DNA of 64,000 bases from Polyangiaceae bacterium (GCA_044222475.1 JBGANF010000020.1:1-64000); one strand, 5' to 3'. Shown: positions 38,201-48,093, counted from the first letter of the stretch. Numbers and translations: made by a program. The notes: a model not told the origin generated them from the sequence alone.

Positions 38201-39595
38201 GTGGATCATCCCCTGGCCGTGGAGGTAGTGAACCGCGCGCGCGGCGTCGCGGAAGAGCCGGGCGAGCGTGCGCACCCGATCGGGCAGCTCGGCGGCGGTG
38301 CCGCGCGCGGCGGCGGCCTTCTTCGAGTCGGAGCCGGCGCTCGGGAGCGTGACGTCAGGGGGCCGGTTGCGCTCGGGCGTCCGCGCGCGCGCCGCCTCGC
38401 TCGCGGTCTGCATGGCGGAGTCGAAGTCGGGCTGGCCGCTCGATCCGGCGAACAGCGCGCGCACGAGCTCGGCGAGGTCGACGCCCTCGACGAGCTCCAT
38501 GGCGTAGTACAAGCGCCCCTTGTCCTCGCCGGAGTCGAGGATCGAGACGATGTTCTTGTGATCGAGGCGGGCGAGCGCGGCGATCTCGCGTTTGAAGCGG
38601 GCGACGGCGATCGGATCGTCGGCGGCTCCGGGGTGAAGCACCTTGAGCGCGACGGTGCGACCGAGGCTCTCCTGGCGGGCGAGGTGGACGACGCCCATCC
38701 CGCCTTCCCCGAGCTTGCCGAGGAGCTGGTAGTCGCCGATGCGGTTCGGATCCGATGGCGGCGCCTCGGCGCTGGACGCGGACTTTCCGCTGTCCGCGAC
38801 CTGACCGAAGGTCTTCTCGAGCTCTTCTTCGAGCGTGGGGAAGCCGGCGTCGAGCTTCTGTCCCTTCAGGATCTCGCCGCCGACGTAGTCGAGGTAGCGC
38901 GCGCTGCGGCGTCGACCGTTGAAGAAGAGGACACGCTCGCGGAGCTCGGACTCTTCGTAGAGCAACCACGGATGCACCGAGTGGAGCGCTCCGTCGCCAG
39001 AGACGTAGAGCCTCCGCGGAGCGACGTCGTCGCTGACGCGCGTGCCCTCGCGCGGGCTCGTGATGAGCGGCGCGATCCCATCGAGGTCGACGATGCGCGC
39101 CCGACGTTCTCCTCCGGGCCGGAGCTCGACCGACTCGACGTAGACGAGCTTCTTTCCCTTCTCGAGGAACACGCCCGACTCCCACGCGGCCTCGATCGAC
39201 TCGAGGAGGATGTCGGCCGCGGGGTCGTAGTAGTCGCCGGTCTTCGTCGAGCCGTGACCTTGGACCTCGTTGCGGTAGCTCGGCAGGTGCTCGAGGATCT
39301 TCTTCGCGCTGACCGTCTTCGGGAGCTGCGTGTCCTCGATCTTGGCGCTCGCGAACAGCACCGCGACCTTCCGCAGCGCCACCGCATCGATCGCCGTGCC
39401 CGACGGCTTCATGCACTTCACCCACGTCCCGGTCGACGGATCCGACAGGACGCTCGGGTCGGCCGGCGGCGTGGCCGCGACCGCGATTCGCACCGAGGCC
39501 TCCCACGCGTAGAACGCGGTGTCGTGGCGCTCCTTCGGGCCCTTCGCGTTTCGTGCGCGGCGCACGAGGTGTGCGATCGGGAACGGGATCGCCAT
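35288..39595 (-). CDS. Ser/Thr kinase with N-terminal HEPN-like region, TM-like segment and WD40 repeats
   Basis: GEGGMG, HRDLKPGN, DLG, GTLRYMPPE; many WD40 repeats; N-terminal YRNEVQGH. Confidence 0.9.
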   Translation of the reverse strand: MAIPFPIAHLVRRARNAKGPKERHDTAFYAWEASVRIAVAATPPADPSVLSDPSTGTWVKCMKPSGTAIDAVALRKVAVLFASAKIEDTQLPKTVSAKKILEHLPSYRNEVQGHGSTKTGDYYDPAADILLESIEAAWESGVFLEKGKKLVYVESVELRPGGERRARIVDLDGIAPLITSPREGTRVSDDVAPRRLYVSGDGALHSVHPWLLYEESELRERVLFFNGRRRSARYLDYVGGEILKGQKLDAGFPTLEEELEKTFGQVADSGKSASSAEAPPSDPNRIGDYQLLGKLGEGGMGVVHLARQESLGRTVALKVLHPGAADDPIAVARFKREIAALARLDHKNIVSILDSGEDKGRLYYAMELVEGVDLAELVRALFAGSSGQPDFDSAMQTASEAARARTPERNRPPDVTLPSAGSDSKKAAAARGTAAELPDRVRTLARLFRDAARAVHYLHGQGMIHRDLKPGNLMVTNADHRIVLMDLGLVAMGNASRSITKDTSSILGTLRYMPPEQLQRNAGDLDRRVDVYALGATFYEIFTGRPLFDGDTEARLVQQVLHETPTPPADVGPKLPADLCTILEKCLQKDRTLRYDSAEDVANDLDAFLHARPISARAPTLSYVALMAARRNKPLTALIALSVLLVFAGLPAYAIHEKNARVRADELTKEAEAQRNEARLSAARILEEQGRQELTLGRPAAAFHDLALSLGGGNDGPVLRFLLARAVRAVEATAREVRAHDESIAAASFAPDGASFVTASTDHTLRLFASDTGAEKRKWDLGDRAQYASFSGDGARVLGATKRRVVVYDTTSGATVLGLDEPWDLVTPSLSHDGTTLLLPTWSSEALVIDVASGKVRATLHPPAATEEKLPIVAAFAPAGSLVLTASARTGVVLWDLAKDPPAPRALPPLGCDGGSDDTQHLEIRGEANAVFDPSATRVVAWSGCSREGHVFDVATGKELVRLRATGVITGASFTTDGKRIVVFGDDGRAALYRADSGRVTTVLHDGGVFLGDGRLSPDGARLATLGDDERTRLWDTRSGALLASLDGHRAPVTDLDFSKDGKLLLTSAEDGVVLLRRTECNWSHVTLDHAGEGVVLSHDGTKLVSWDSSGADLVDVVTKARQPLGTHAAGSDSGVLAAAVASDGSVLTAGADGKARLYGKDGALVTTLEHGGKVMAVAFAPDGKRFLTAGDEKTVRLWVRDKKEPIALLPHSGAVTLAAYFDEGRRVLTRTDGEVLTVWNAETGAMVKTLAHKAAKFSDASVSADTGHGGRFAVPCDDGMVRIFDAAGETVGTLRGTAAEDRRARLSPDGTRALTTSDLKTARVWDVATGAVLFVLEGERSRIADGVYSPDGAFVLTSHDDGAARIWDARTGHLLDVAQAHREAVNAIGWSGDGTRFFSRAASGLDEELAIWPLPQEVRPLTDLTRLDALHKEK

Positions 39596-39614
39596 CAGTG
39601 AACCAGGGTGCGGG

Positions 39615-41396
39615 TCAAGGTGCGGGCTTGAGGATCGCGCCTTCGAGCGCGCTCGCGATGAGGTCGAGGGCACGGAGATCCATCACGCCGTAGACGTCCT
39701 TCTCCGGAGCTTCGGGGTCGGGCGGACCGGCGGACGAGAGGCCAGGGTGCGCCGACTTGTACTCGGTGAGGAACGTCTTCGGCGGCGGCACCTCGAGGCG
39801 GATGCGCATCGGCGTCGCGTCACCCGGGACGCTGAAGATGGCTTCGCCGCTGACGTAGACGCCCGCGAACGCACGCTTGAGCGCTGCGCTCGAGTACGCC
39901 GCACCGAGCCAGCCGAAGCGGTAGCGGACGACGACGAGAGGAGATTTCGCAGCGAGCGCTTGGGTCGCCGCCTCGTCGCCATCGGGTCCGACCGCGATCG
40001 CGGCGAGATCCGGCGCGAAGATCTTCCGGAGCGCGCTCTCGAACGACTTCGCGACGTCGGTCTCCTTGGGTTGCGGCGCGTTCTCGTCGAACCACTTGGT
40101 GACCTGCTTCGGGCCGAGGGTCTTGTTGAGCGGCGCGGCGCCGATCAGCTTGTCGGCTTGGGCGAGGGCGGGCGAGACCTCGCGACGGAAGACGATCGTC
40201 ACGGTCGGGCCGTGCGCCTCGAGCCACGCGCGGAGCTTGTCGACGAAGCCCTTTGCCGCCGGGTCGTCGGCCTTGCCCACCTTGCCGAAGGTCGTCGCGC
40301 TCTTGGCGTAGAGGTCGTGGCGTGCGGCCTTGAGCTCGGCGTCGAGGTGGTGGTCGGGGTATGCCTTGACGAACTCGTCGAGGGCGGCGAGCGACGACTT
40401 GGCCTTCGCCTTGTCGAGCTCGCGGAGGAACGCGTCGCGCAGCGCAGCGCTCGCCTCGGCGTCGACCGCCGACTTCGGGTGAGCGTCTTGAAACGCCCGG
40501 ATCGCCTCGACGGTCTGCGCCTTCTTCGCGACCTCGAGCTCGGCGCGCGGGAGGAGCGTCGTCCGCACCTCCTCCTCGTGGCCGGTACCGTGCACGAGGT
40601 ACGCCTTGTAGGCCTCGGGCGTCTTCGCGGCGTCGGCCTTGTGGAACATCGATCGGTCGCTGAGCGCGTTCCGCGTCGCCCACAGCGCGGGGGCCAGCAA
40701 GAGCGCGACCGCGAGGGCGATGAACGCGTCGTTGCGGAGGAAGCCGGGCGTCTGGTCCTTGAGCGAGCTCGTCGGGCCGATCGGGCTCGTCCAGCTCTTG
40801 CGCGACTCGTGGAAGGGATCGAGCGTGGTCAGCTCGCCGTCGTCGCCGCTCTTCACGGCGTGCTCGACCTGCTGGCGCGCCACGTCGAGGCGGAAATTGG
40901 CGTCTTCCGCGCCGCCGCTGATGGGGAACGTGTACGTCGGCCCGGACTTGAACGAGAGGCGGAGGGGAGCGCCGCCCGTCGCCTTGGCGACGTCCTTGAG
41001 GTCCTGCATCGAGTGGATCACGAGCGCGGCGGAGCGCGCATCGACGACGCACATCGGAAAGACGTAGATGCCGGGTTTCCACGGGAGCTTCTTGGCCAAG
41101 ATCCGCGCGCGGAGGGCGCGCAGGACCCCGAACGGGACCGCGAACAAGAGCCCCAGGTACACGACCAGGAACACGACGCCGTGCTTCGCGAGCCCGCTCT
41201 CGAGCGATCCGTAGCCGATGACGAGCAGGATCAGGAACGTGACCCCGGAGACCGCGGAGATCACCGCGAACCGCATGCTCCGAGCCTCGTCGCCGAGCAC
41301 CTGGACGATCGGCGCGGGCGGCGACGCGCCCCGGGCGCTCTCCAAGAAGCGCTCCTGGGTCGGTCGTGGCAGTTTGAAGAAATCGAGCTTCCGCAT
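39615..41396 (-). CDS. Hypothetical membrane protein
   Basis: Three TM segments, helical repeats (YKAYL, FQDAHP, FVKAYP). Confidence 0.75.
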   Translation of the reverse strand: MRKLDFFKLPRPTQERFLESARGASPPAPIVQVLGDEARSMRFAVISAVSGVTFLILLVIGYGSLESGLAKHGVVFLVVYLGLLFAVPFGVLRALRARILAKKLPWKPGIYVFPMCVVDARSAALVIHSMQDLKDVAKATGGAPLRLSFKSGPTYTFPISGGAEDANFRLDVARQQVEHAVKSGDDGELTTLDPFHESRKSWTSPIGPTSSLKDQTPGFLRNDAFIALAVALLLAPALWATRNALSDRSMFHKADAAKTPEAYKAYLVHGTGHEEEVRTTLLPRAELEVAKKAQTVEAIRAFQDAHPKSAVDAEASAALRDAFLRELDKAKAKSSLAALDEFVKAYPDHHLDAELKAARHDLYAKSATTFGKVGKADDPAAKGFVDKLRAWLEAHGPTVTIVFRREVSPALAQADKLIGAAPLNKTLGPKQVTKWFDENAPQPKETDVAKSFESALRKIFAPDLAAIAVGPDGDEAATQALAAKSPLVVVRYRFGWLGAAYSSAALKRAFAGVYVSGEAIFSVPGDATPMRIRLEVPPPKTFLTEYKSAHPGLSSAGPPDPEAPEKDVYGVMDLRALDLIASALEGAILKPAP

Positions 41397-41487
41397 GGAC
41401 GGCGTCGTGGGACCGCGTACGGGCGTCCGGGCGGTACCTACTGTACCCCTGGCGGAAGGGGGGCGTTCTAGCTTTTTTCGGGGGGGC

Positions 41488-42225
41488 TCAGGCTTGGCCC
41501 CTCGCCAGAGAGAGGGCGAGAACGTGCACGCGTTCCTCCAAAAGACGCACGACCGCGCGGTCGTTCGCGGGCCTCTTGGAGCGTAGGAACCGATCGTCGT
41601 AGGGTGCGGTCGAGCGGGTGCGCAGGACCTCGACGAAGCGCTCGAAGTTCTCCGTCGCGGTGCGGCCGATGCCGCCGGGGAGCGACCCGTAGTCGACTCC
41701 GTTCTCCGAGGCGATCCAGGCCGGACCGCCGCGGCGGAAGACACAGACGAACTGCTCCCGGCCCTCGTGGCGCTCGGTGTGCTCCTTGGTCACCTTCTTC
41801 GACAGGATGACGCCACCGGTCGCGATGGCCATCCCGACCGCCATCTCGCGCTTCGTCTCTTTGCGGGTCGTCTGCCAGGTCTTGCGGACGGTGAAGCGAA
41901 CGATGGCGACGACGTCGCTCCACGCCAGCACATCGTCGCCGGAGCGGAGGCCGTCTCCGTCGGCGCTGATGCCGTCGATCTCGGTCATGTCGGAGAACGC
42001 CGCGACCCGCGCGGCCTCGCAGGCGACGACGCCGTGACCGCGGCCGCGGAGCGTCGCCAAGAGGGCGACCGCACGTTCGCGGTCGGGCGTGCGGAGGACG
42101 ATGCACGGCGGATCGTCGGCGAGCAGCAGGCGCACCTCGTACGCGGTCTGTCCGACATCCGCCGCGAGAGCGGTGGCTTCCTGCTCGATCGAAGTGGCGA
42201 GCGACGTCAGCGCGACGAGGAACAC
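41488..42225 (-). CDS. Hypothetical protein
   Basis: Fills the gap in a co-directional gene run; plausible composition. Confidence 0.7.
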   Translation of the reverse strand: MFLVALTSLATSIEQEATALAADVGQTAYEVRLLLADDPPCIVLRTPDRERAVALLATLRGRGHGVVACEAARVAAFSDMTEIDGISADGDGLRSGDDVLAWSDVVAIVRFTVRKTWQTTRKETKREMAVGMAIATGGVILSKKVTKEHTERHEGREQFVCVFRRGGPAWIASENGVDYGSLPGGIGRTATENFERFVEVLRTRSTAPYDDRFLRSKRPANDRAVVRLLEERVHVLALSLARGQA

Positions 42226-42232
42226 GGTGCGT

Positions 42233-44392
42233 TCAGAGTATCTTGAACTTGGGGCTCTGACCCAGGACGTGGACCGTGATCTTGCCGTCCGTGTCGACGT
42301 CGAAGATTTCGTCCGCGGAGAGGGGCCCGACGCTCTGCTTGAGCTTGGCCTTGACCGAGAGGTTTCCCCCCATCGTGTATTGCGCCCACACGTCGAACTT
42401 TCCGCCGAGGTTGATGACGGGGATCGTCGCGTCGACGGCGACCAAGTTCGATTTGATCGTGCGCGGGGACTTGAGCGTTTCGTCGAAGCTCCACGTCCGG
42501 CCGGACCTGCTCACGCTTCCCTTGAAGCGCACGCCGCTCGTGCCGACCGTGAGCGACGAGCTCGCGACCGGAACGTCGTCGAGGACCATCCCCACTCCGC
42601 CGGTGAGCGAGAAGCTGGCGCCGCTGCCGAACGTGCCGGTCAACGTGGCCGGCGACGCGCCGAACTTCAGCCTGCCGGAGACGGCGACTTGCTTCTTTCC
42701 GATGTCGAGCTGACCGCGGAACTGCTGGAGATCGAAATCGAAGAGCTTCGCGTCGCTGAAGTCGAACACGACCTGGTTCGACCCCGCTCCGAAGCGACCG
42801 TAGGCGTAGGCGTCACCCGAGAACTCGGTGCCGAACGTCGCTCCGATGGACTTGAAGGGGGTGAGCACCGGGATCTTCGCGGCGAGGTTCATCTGCGCGA
42901 GCGGCACGTCGTAGAGCACCGCGGCGTTGCCGAGGGCGATCGAGAAATTGCCCACGTTCAGCGACGCGTCGCCTTCGAGCCCGGCGCGCGCCTTGGAGAG
43001 GTCCCTGAACGACACGCTGTTCTGGACCGTCGAGTCGGGATCGAGCGCCATCATTCCGTTGAACGAGATCTGCGGGAGCGCGGCGAAGGTGATCGCGCCG
43101 CCGAGGAGGAGGGCCGAGTCGATCGTCGCGTCGACGGTGGAGAGAGCGGCACCGGCGGTGGGAAGCGGTTTCGTCGGATCGAGGATCTTCAGCGACAGCG
43201 TGTGCGGCAGGGGCCGCGTCGCGAACCACCCGAGCGTGCACGACGTGATCTCGGCGATGGACGTGGGTGGTCCATCCTTCACCTTCGGCGGGCCGACGAT
43301 CGGGATGCTGCAGTCGCCGGAGAGGTAGATGCTCGGACCGTACGTCTCGAAGCCGAGAAAGACCTCGCCCGAGCGGCCAGCGGGAACGCTCGCGGTGATG
43401 CCCGCGATCGCGATCGAGAACCCTGCGTTGACGACGGTGTGCGCGTAGAAGGCCGAGGGCTGGAGGACGTACGGCCGACCGCCGATCGAATACTGATAGC
43501 CCTTGCCGAGCACTGACGTGATGCCGCGACCGGTGCCGACCGCGACCGATCCGCTCGGGAGGTTCACGTCGACGACTTCGGTGCCGATGGGGAGCTTCGA
43601 CGTGAGCGCTGCGTTGCCGACGACCGCGAACTCCTTCGACGCGTTGATGCCGACGTTTCCGGTCAAGCCGAGCGTCGCGGCGCCGGTAGGAAGCTTTCCG
43701 ACGGTGATCGCTCCCGATGCATTGTAGGTCGGGGCCGTTCCGGTCCACGTCCCGTTGACGCACGGGCCGAAGTCGCTCGCGCACAACGGAGCGTTCGGCG
43801 TGTTGGTCGTCGGTGGCGTGATCGGTTTGCCGGTGACGGCCGTCGTCCATTTCTGGATGGGAAGCTCGTCGCAGCGGAAGAGAATGCCTTCGGATCCGGC
43901 TGCGCCGCTGTTGCCCTTGAAGTCCAAGCAGAGCGGCGTCGGCAGCATCATGACGCCGCCGCCGGCGGCCACCATGACCATGCCCTGACGGTTCTGGAAT
44001 TGGAGCGCACCGTTTCGCTTCTTCCAGTACTGATCGGGTTTCTTCTCGCAGGCGTAGAGGATGAGCGGATCGCGCTCTTGGGCGTCGTAGCCCTTCACGT
44101 CGAGGCAGAGCCCGTTCTTCTCGTTGACGATCTCGAAGTAGTCGGGCTCGTCGGGCACCTTTCGGAAGGCCCAGCGCTGATCCGGCTTGCCGTCGCACGG
44201 TCCCAGCTGGACGACGGCGCGCGACTCGCCTTGGTCGCCGAGGGGATCGAGACACAAGCCCGACTTCGCGTTGACGAGGGCCTCCGAGGCGATCGCTCGA
44301 GGCGGGTCGGCGCTGGCGTTCGGCTCGAACGCGGCGGCGGCGGCGAGGCTCACGAGGGAGACGAGGGGGCGAGTGAACGATCGGATCTTCAT
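42233..44392 (-). CDS. Secreted ricin-B lectin domain protein with beta-rich C-terminus
   Basis: SGLCLD...DQRW, NGLCLDV...DQYW, LCLD...IQKW (QxW repeats); signal peptide. Confidence 0.85.
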   Translation of the reverse strand: MKIRSFTRPLVSLVSLAAAAAFEPNASADPPRAIASEALVNAKSGLCLDPLGDQGESRAVVQLGPCDGKPDQRWAFRKVPDEPDYFEIVNEKNGLCLDVKGYDAQERDPLILYACEKKPDQYWKKRNGALQFQNRQGMVMVAAGGGVMMLPTPLCLDFKGNSGAAGSEGILFRCDELPIQKWTTAVTGKPITPPTTNTPNAPLCASDFGPCVNGTWTGTAPTYNASGAITVGKLPTGAATLGLTGNVGINASKEFAVVGNAALTSKLPIGTEVVDVNLPSGSVAVGTGRGITSVLGKGYQYSIGGRPYVLQPSAFYAHTVVNAGFSIAIAGITASVPAGRSGEVFLGFETYGPSIYLSGDCSIPIVGPPKVKDGPPTSIAEITSCTLGWFATRPLPHTLSLKILDPTKPLPTAGAALSTVDATIDSALLLGGAITFAALPQISFNGMMALDPDSTVQNSVSFRDLSKARAGLEGDASLNVGNFSIALGNAAVLYDVPLAQMNLAAKIPVLTPFKSIGATFGTEFSGDAYAYGRFGAGSNQVVFDFSDAKLFDFDLQQFRGQLDIGKKQVAVSGRLKFGASPATLTGTFGSGASFSLTGGVGMVLDDVPVASSSLTVGTSGVRFKGSVSRSGRTWSFDETLKSPRTIKSNLVAVDATIPVINLGGKFDVWAQYTMGGNLSVKAKLKQSVGPLSADEIFDVDTDGKITVHVLGQSPKFKIL

Positions 44393-44468
44393 GGGGTTTC
44401 GTGCTCGGGGCAAAAGATCCCACACGGTACACCACCCGATCGTGATCATGCTAACGATCTCGCCCGCC

Positions 44469-44900
44469 ATGCAGACGCCGTTCTCGTCCGTTCAGCACGT
44501 CTACTTCGACGATCTGGACGCGCTCAACATCCTCCACAACGTGCGCTTCGTCCTCTTCATGGAGCGCGCCCGCGGAGAGCTCTTCAACGCGCTCGGCTTC
44601 CACTGGCAGGACGACATCGGGAAGAACCCGGACAAGTTCCACGTCGTCGCGTCTCACGACGTTCGGTACCTCGCGCCCGTGAAAGGCGAGGGCGACTTGA
44701 TCGTCCTCGTCGAGATCCCCCACCTCGGGACGTCGAGCCTGATCCTCGAGACCGTCGTCCAGTCGATGGATGGTCGGACGGTGTACGCCAAGGGCACGAC
44801 GCGCCTCGTCCGCCTCGACCCCGAGACGTTCCGACCGGCGTCGTGGTCGGAGAAGTTCCGCGCCGCGCTCGGGCCGATCGTGCGAAAGCCGGCGCCCTGA
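44469..44900 (+). CDS. Acyl-CoA thioesterase (4HBT/YbgC-like)
   Basis: VYFDDLDALNILHN, FMERAR, YLAPV, LGTSS. Confidence 0.9.
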   Translation: MQTPFSSVQHVYFDDLDALNILHNVRFVLFMERARGELFNALGFHWQDDIGKNPDKFHVVASHDVRYLAPVKGEGDLIVLVEIPHLGTSSLILETVVQSMDGRTVYAKGTTRLVRLDPETFRPASWSEKFRAALGPIVRKPAP

Positions 44901-45088
44901 TGAGGTGGCTCGCGCTCGCGTTGGTGCTCGCGGGGTGCCCCGAGAAAGGGTCGCCCGCGAAAGCGGACGCGGCGGCGTGCACGAAGGTCGGCCAGAGCTG
45001 CGAGTACGCCCCGGGGAAGCTGGGCAGCTGCGTGCAGCAGGACGACTGCGCGACGCCTCCCTGCCTGGTCTGCCAGTCGCAGCACTAG
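44900..45088 (+). CDS. Small Cys-rich lipoprotein
   Basis: MRWLALALVLAGC; six further Cys; TGATG coupling. Confidence 0.7.
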   Translation: MRWLALALVLAGCPEKGSPAKADAAACTKVGQSCEYAPGKLGSCVQQDDCATPPCLVCQSQH

Positions 45089-45158
45089 CCGCGACCGTTC
45101 AGCCTTCGATTCGAGCCGTTCACCGAGTCGCCGCCAAAGACGCAGCGCTTCCGCGCGT

Positions 45159-46664
45159 ATGCAAGGGGACATGACCCAAGCCGCCCCCCTCGGTTCCGGT
45201 GCGCTGCCGAGCCCCCGCGTGCCCGAAGCGTCTCGTCCGCTCCTCGTCGGTCTCGGCCTCGGGGCGCTCACCGAGGCGCTCTTTCACGGCGCCCCAATCG
45301 GTGCAAACTACACGTTCTACGTCGCCATCCTCGTGGCCCTCGTCGTGATGAACGGACCGCGCGGCGTGTCGATCCTCGCCCGCCCGACCGTGCCGTTCGT
45401 CGCCGTGCTCGCGATCGCCTCGGCGAGCGCGGTGTTCCTGCGCGCGAGCACGTGGAGCATGGTCTTCGCCCTTCCAGTGAGCGCGACCCTCGTCGCCGTC
45501 CTGCCGGTGCTCGTCCACGACGAAGGCTCGCTCGCTCGCTCGACGCTGCGCGCGCTCGCCGCGCCCGCGCGGATTCCGGCGGCCAGCGGCGACCTCGTGC
45601 GGGAGAGCGCTCCGCTCTTCGGCCCTGCGGGCCTTCGCGTCGTGGGTCGCGCGCTCGTCGGCTTGCTCGTCGGTGCGCCGGTCGCCGGCGGTTTCGCGAT
45701 CCTCCTCGCGTTCGATCCCAACTTCACCGCCGCGATCGACGGGCTCGTCGACCGCGCGTGGGGGACGACGAGCGTCATCGTGTGGGGCGTGCTCTCCGGC
45801 ACGGCGCTCCTCTTCGGCTACCGGGCGCTGAGTCGGCGCGATGCCGCGCCTTCTCCGGAGCGCCAGGAGCTTCCGTACCGCCAACCGACCGACGCCGCCG
45901 CGCCCATCGCGTCGGGTGCGCCCGGCGTCGTCTCGCCGCTCACGTGGAGCATCATCGTCGGCCAGACCGCCGCGGTGTTCCTCCTCTACGCCGGGGTCAA
46001 CGCGCGCGCGTGGTTCGCGGGGCACCGTGCGGTCAGCGCACCCGGCGAGACCTACGCGACGTACCTGCACGCGGGGTTCATCCAGCTCTTGATGGCGGCG
46101 ACGCTCTCCGTCGGGATGGTCCTCGTCGGTCACTTCCTGCTCAGGCCGTACGGCTCGACCTCCCGCGTGGGACCGGTGCCCGGCGGCAAGCGGCTCGCCG
46201 CGATCGAGATCGCTCTGCTCCTCGGTACCGCGCTCGCCCTCGTCTCGTGCGCCCAGCGCCTCGTCGTCTACGTCGAAGCCTACGGCGCGACGTACGAACG
46301 GATCGGCGTCGGCGCCGTGTGCCTCTTCATCGGCTTCGTGGTGGCGCTGACGACCTGGAAGAGCGCGCGCCGCGACTTCGGTCGCTACGCGAGCTTTCTC
46401 CTCGGAGGCGCGGCGGTCCTCGGGACGGCGTGCGCGCTGTTCGACGCCGACGGGACGATCGCGCGCGTCAACGTCGAGCGCGGCGCGCGCGGCGAGTACG
46501 TCGACGTGGAGTACCTCGCGAGCCTCTCGTGCGACGCGCGACCGGTGCTCTCGCGTCCCGAGCTCGGGCCCGATCGGCGCGCGCTCCTCGACGAGGCGTG
46601 GACAAAGCCCGCCACCGGGCGAGACGTGCGCGGCTACCGTGGAGCGCTCGCATGCGGCCGATGA
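45159..46664 (+). CDS. DUF4153/DUF4173-like multi-TM protein
   Basis: TYATYLHAGFIQL, RLVVYVEAYGATYER, DVEYLASLSCDA; alternative ATG 45171. Confidence 0.8.
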   Translation: MQGDMTQAAPLGSGALPSPRVPEASRPLLVGLGLGALTEALFHGAPIGANYTFYVAILVALVVMNGPRGVSILARPTVPFVAVLAIASASAVFLRASTWSMVFALPVSATLVAVLPVLVHDEGSLARSTLRALAAPARIPAASGDLVRESAPLFGPAGLRVVGRALVGLLVGAPVAGGFAILLAFDPNFTAAIDGLVDRAWGTTSVIVWGVLSGTALLFGYRALSRRDAAPSPERQELPYRQPTDAAAPIASGAPGVVSPLTWSIIVGQTAAVFLLYAGVNARAWFAGHRAVSAPGETYATYLHAGFIQLLMAATLSVGMVLVGHFLLRPYGSTSRVGPVPGGKRLAAIEIALLLGTALALVSCAQRLVVYVEAYGATYERIGVGAVCLFIGFVVALTTWKSARRDFGRYASFLLGGAAVLGTACALFDADGTIARVNVERGARGEYVDVEYLASLSCDARPVLSRPELGPDRRALLDEAWTKPATGRDVRGYRGALACGR

Positions 46665-47836
46665 CTCGCACGGCAGGTCTCGGGACGCTGCGCGGGCTCG
46701 CCGTCTTCGGCGCGAGCGTCGTCCTCGTGTGGTCGCAGCTCTCGCGGTTCTTCGACCCGACCGGCGACGAAGGCGCGAAGCTCCTCGCCGAAGAGCGGGC
46801 GACGCTCGCCGACGCGCCGCGGGAGCGAGAGGTGCGAGAGTCGCTCCGTCGCACGAACCCGGAGTGGGATCTCATGCGACGGATGTTCATCGGCCTCACC
46901 CTCGCGAACGAGGCGGAGAGCGATCCGGAGCATCGTCGCGAGCTCCTCGCGGACCTCGATGCGCTCGCCGACGATCTCGTCGACGAGGACGATCGCGGTG
47001 GTCCGCGCGGCTTTCTCCTCCCGTACGGCAAGGTGCGCCCGTTCCGCGGGGAAGAGCACTCGATCTTCGCCGACGGCGAAATCGCGCTCGTCTTGGCGGC
47101 TCGCGAGGTCGTGGAGCCCACGGCGAGCCCGGCACGTCGCCACGCGCTCGACGTGCGCGTCGCGCGGATCGAGAGCGCGATGAACGCTAGCCCGAGCCGA
47201 TCGGGCGAGAGCTACCCCGACGAGGCGTGGACGTTCTGCAACACCACCGCGCTCGCAGCCCTGAGGCTCTACGACACCGCTCGCGGGACCGATCACCGCG
47301 TCTTCGCCACCGCGTGGCTCGACTACGCAAAGCAGCACCTCGTCGATGCGAAGACCGGGCTGCTCGTATCGAGCTTCCGGTGGGACGGCACGTGGCTCGA
47401 CGGTCCGGAGGGATCGACGATCTTCATGGCGGCGCAGAACCTGCTCCTGTGGGACGACGCGTTCGCCCGGGATCAGTGGACTCGAGCCAAGAGCGCGCTC
47501 GTCTTCGACGTGGCGGGGTTCTCGCTCGCCCGCGAGTGGCCGCGGGCCGGCGATTCGGCGATGGACGTCGACAGCGGTCCGGTGATCCCCCTGCTCGACG
47601 CGAGCCCGGGGGCGAGCGGCCTCGCCGTCCTCGGCGCGGCGGCGTTCGGCGACGAGACCACGAAGCGCGGGCTCCTCCGATCGCTGAGGTTCGCCGCGTT
47701 CCCGGAGCGCACGAAGAGCGGCATGCGCTTCGCAGGCGCCAGCGCGATGGGAGACGCCGTCGTCGACTACGCGCTCCACGTTGGCCCACTTTGGGACAAG
47801 GCGCTTCACGCAGGCGCGAAGGAGGCTTCTCGATGA
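46661..47836 (+). CDS. Linalool dehydratase/isomerase-like protein
   Basis: ESYPDEAWTFCN, REWP, DVDSGP; N-terminal anchor; ATGA coupling. Confidence 0.6.
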   Translation: MTRTAGLGTLRGLAVFGASVVLVWSQLSRFFDPTGDEGAKLLAEERATLADAPREREVRESLRRTNPEWDLMRRMFIGLTLANEAESDPEHRRELLADLDALADDLVDEDDRGGPRGFLLPYGKVRPFRGEEHSIFADGEIALVLAAREVVEPTASPARRHALDVRVARIESAMNASPSRSGESYPDEAWTFCNTTALAALRLYDTARGTDHRVFATAWLDYAKQHLVDAKTGLLVSSFRWDGTWLDGPEGSTIFMAAQNLLLWDDAFARDQWTRAKSALVFDVAGFSLAREWPRAGDSAMDVDSGPVIPLLDASPGASGLAVLGAAAFGDETTKRGLLRSLRFAAFPERTKSGMRFAGASAMGDAVVDYALHVGPLWDKALHAGAKEASR

Positions 47837-48093
47837 AACCGAAGCGCATGGTCGTCCTCGCGGCGGTGCTCGTCGCGGTTCACGTGGCCCTCGACGTCGC
47901 CGGCGGGCGCACTGCGACCGGCGCGCTCTCAGGATCGATCCACGGAAACGGCGCCCTCCTCTTCGGCGTGCTCACGATGCTGTCGTACTTCGCCGCCGTC
48001 CTCGTCGCGCCGCCTCTCGTCCTCACCGCCGGCGTGCTCGCTGCGCTCGACGTCCTCCGCGCTGGTACCAAGGGCGACCCCCAGCTACGGTGA
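47833..48093 (+). CDS. Small membrane protein
   Basis: GGAGG RBS, ATGA overlap, hydrophobic segments. Confidence 0.7.
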   Translation: MKPKRMVVLAAVLVAVHVALDVAGGRTATGALSGSIHGNGALLFGVLTMLSYFAAVLVAPPLVLTAGVLAALDVLRAGTKGDPQLR

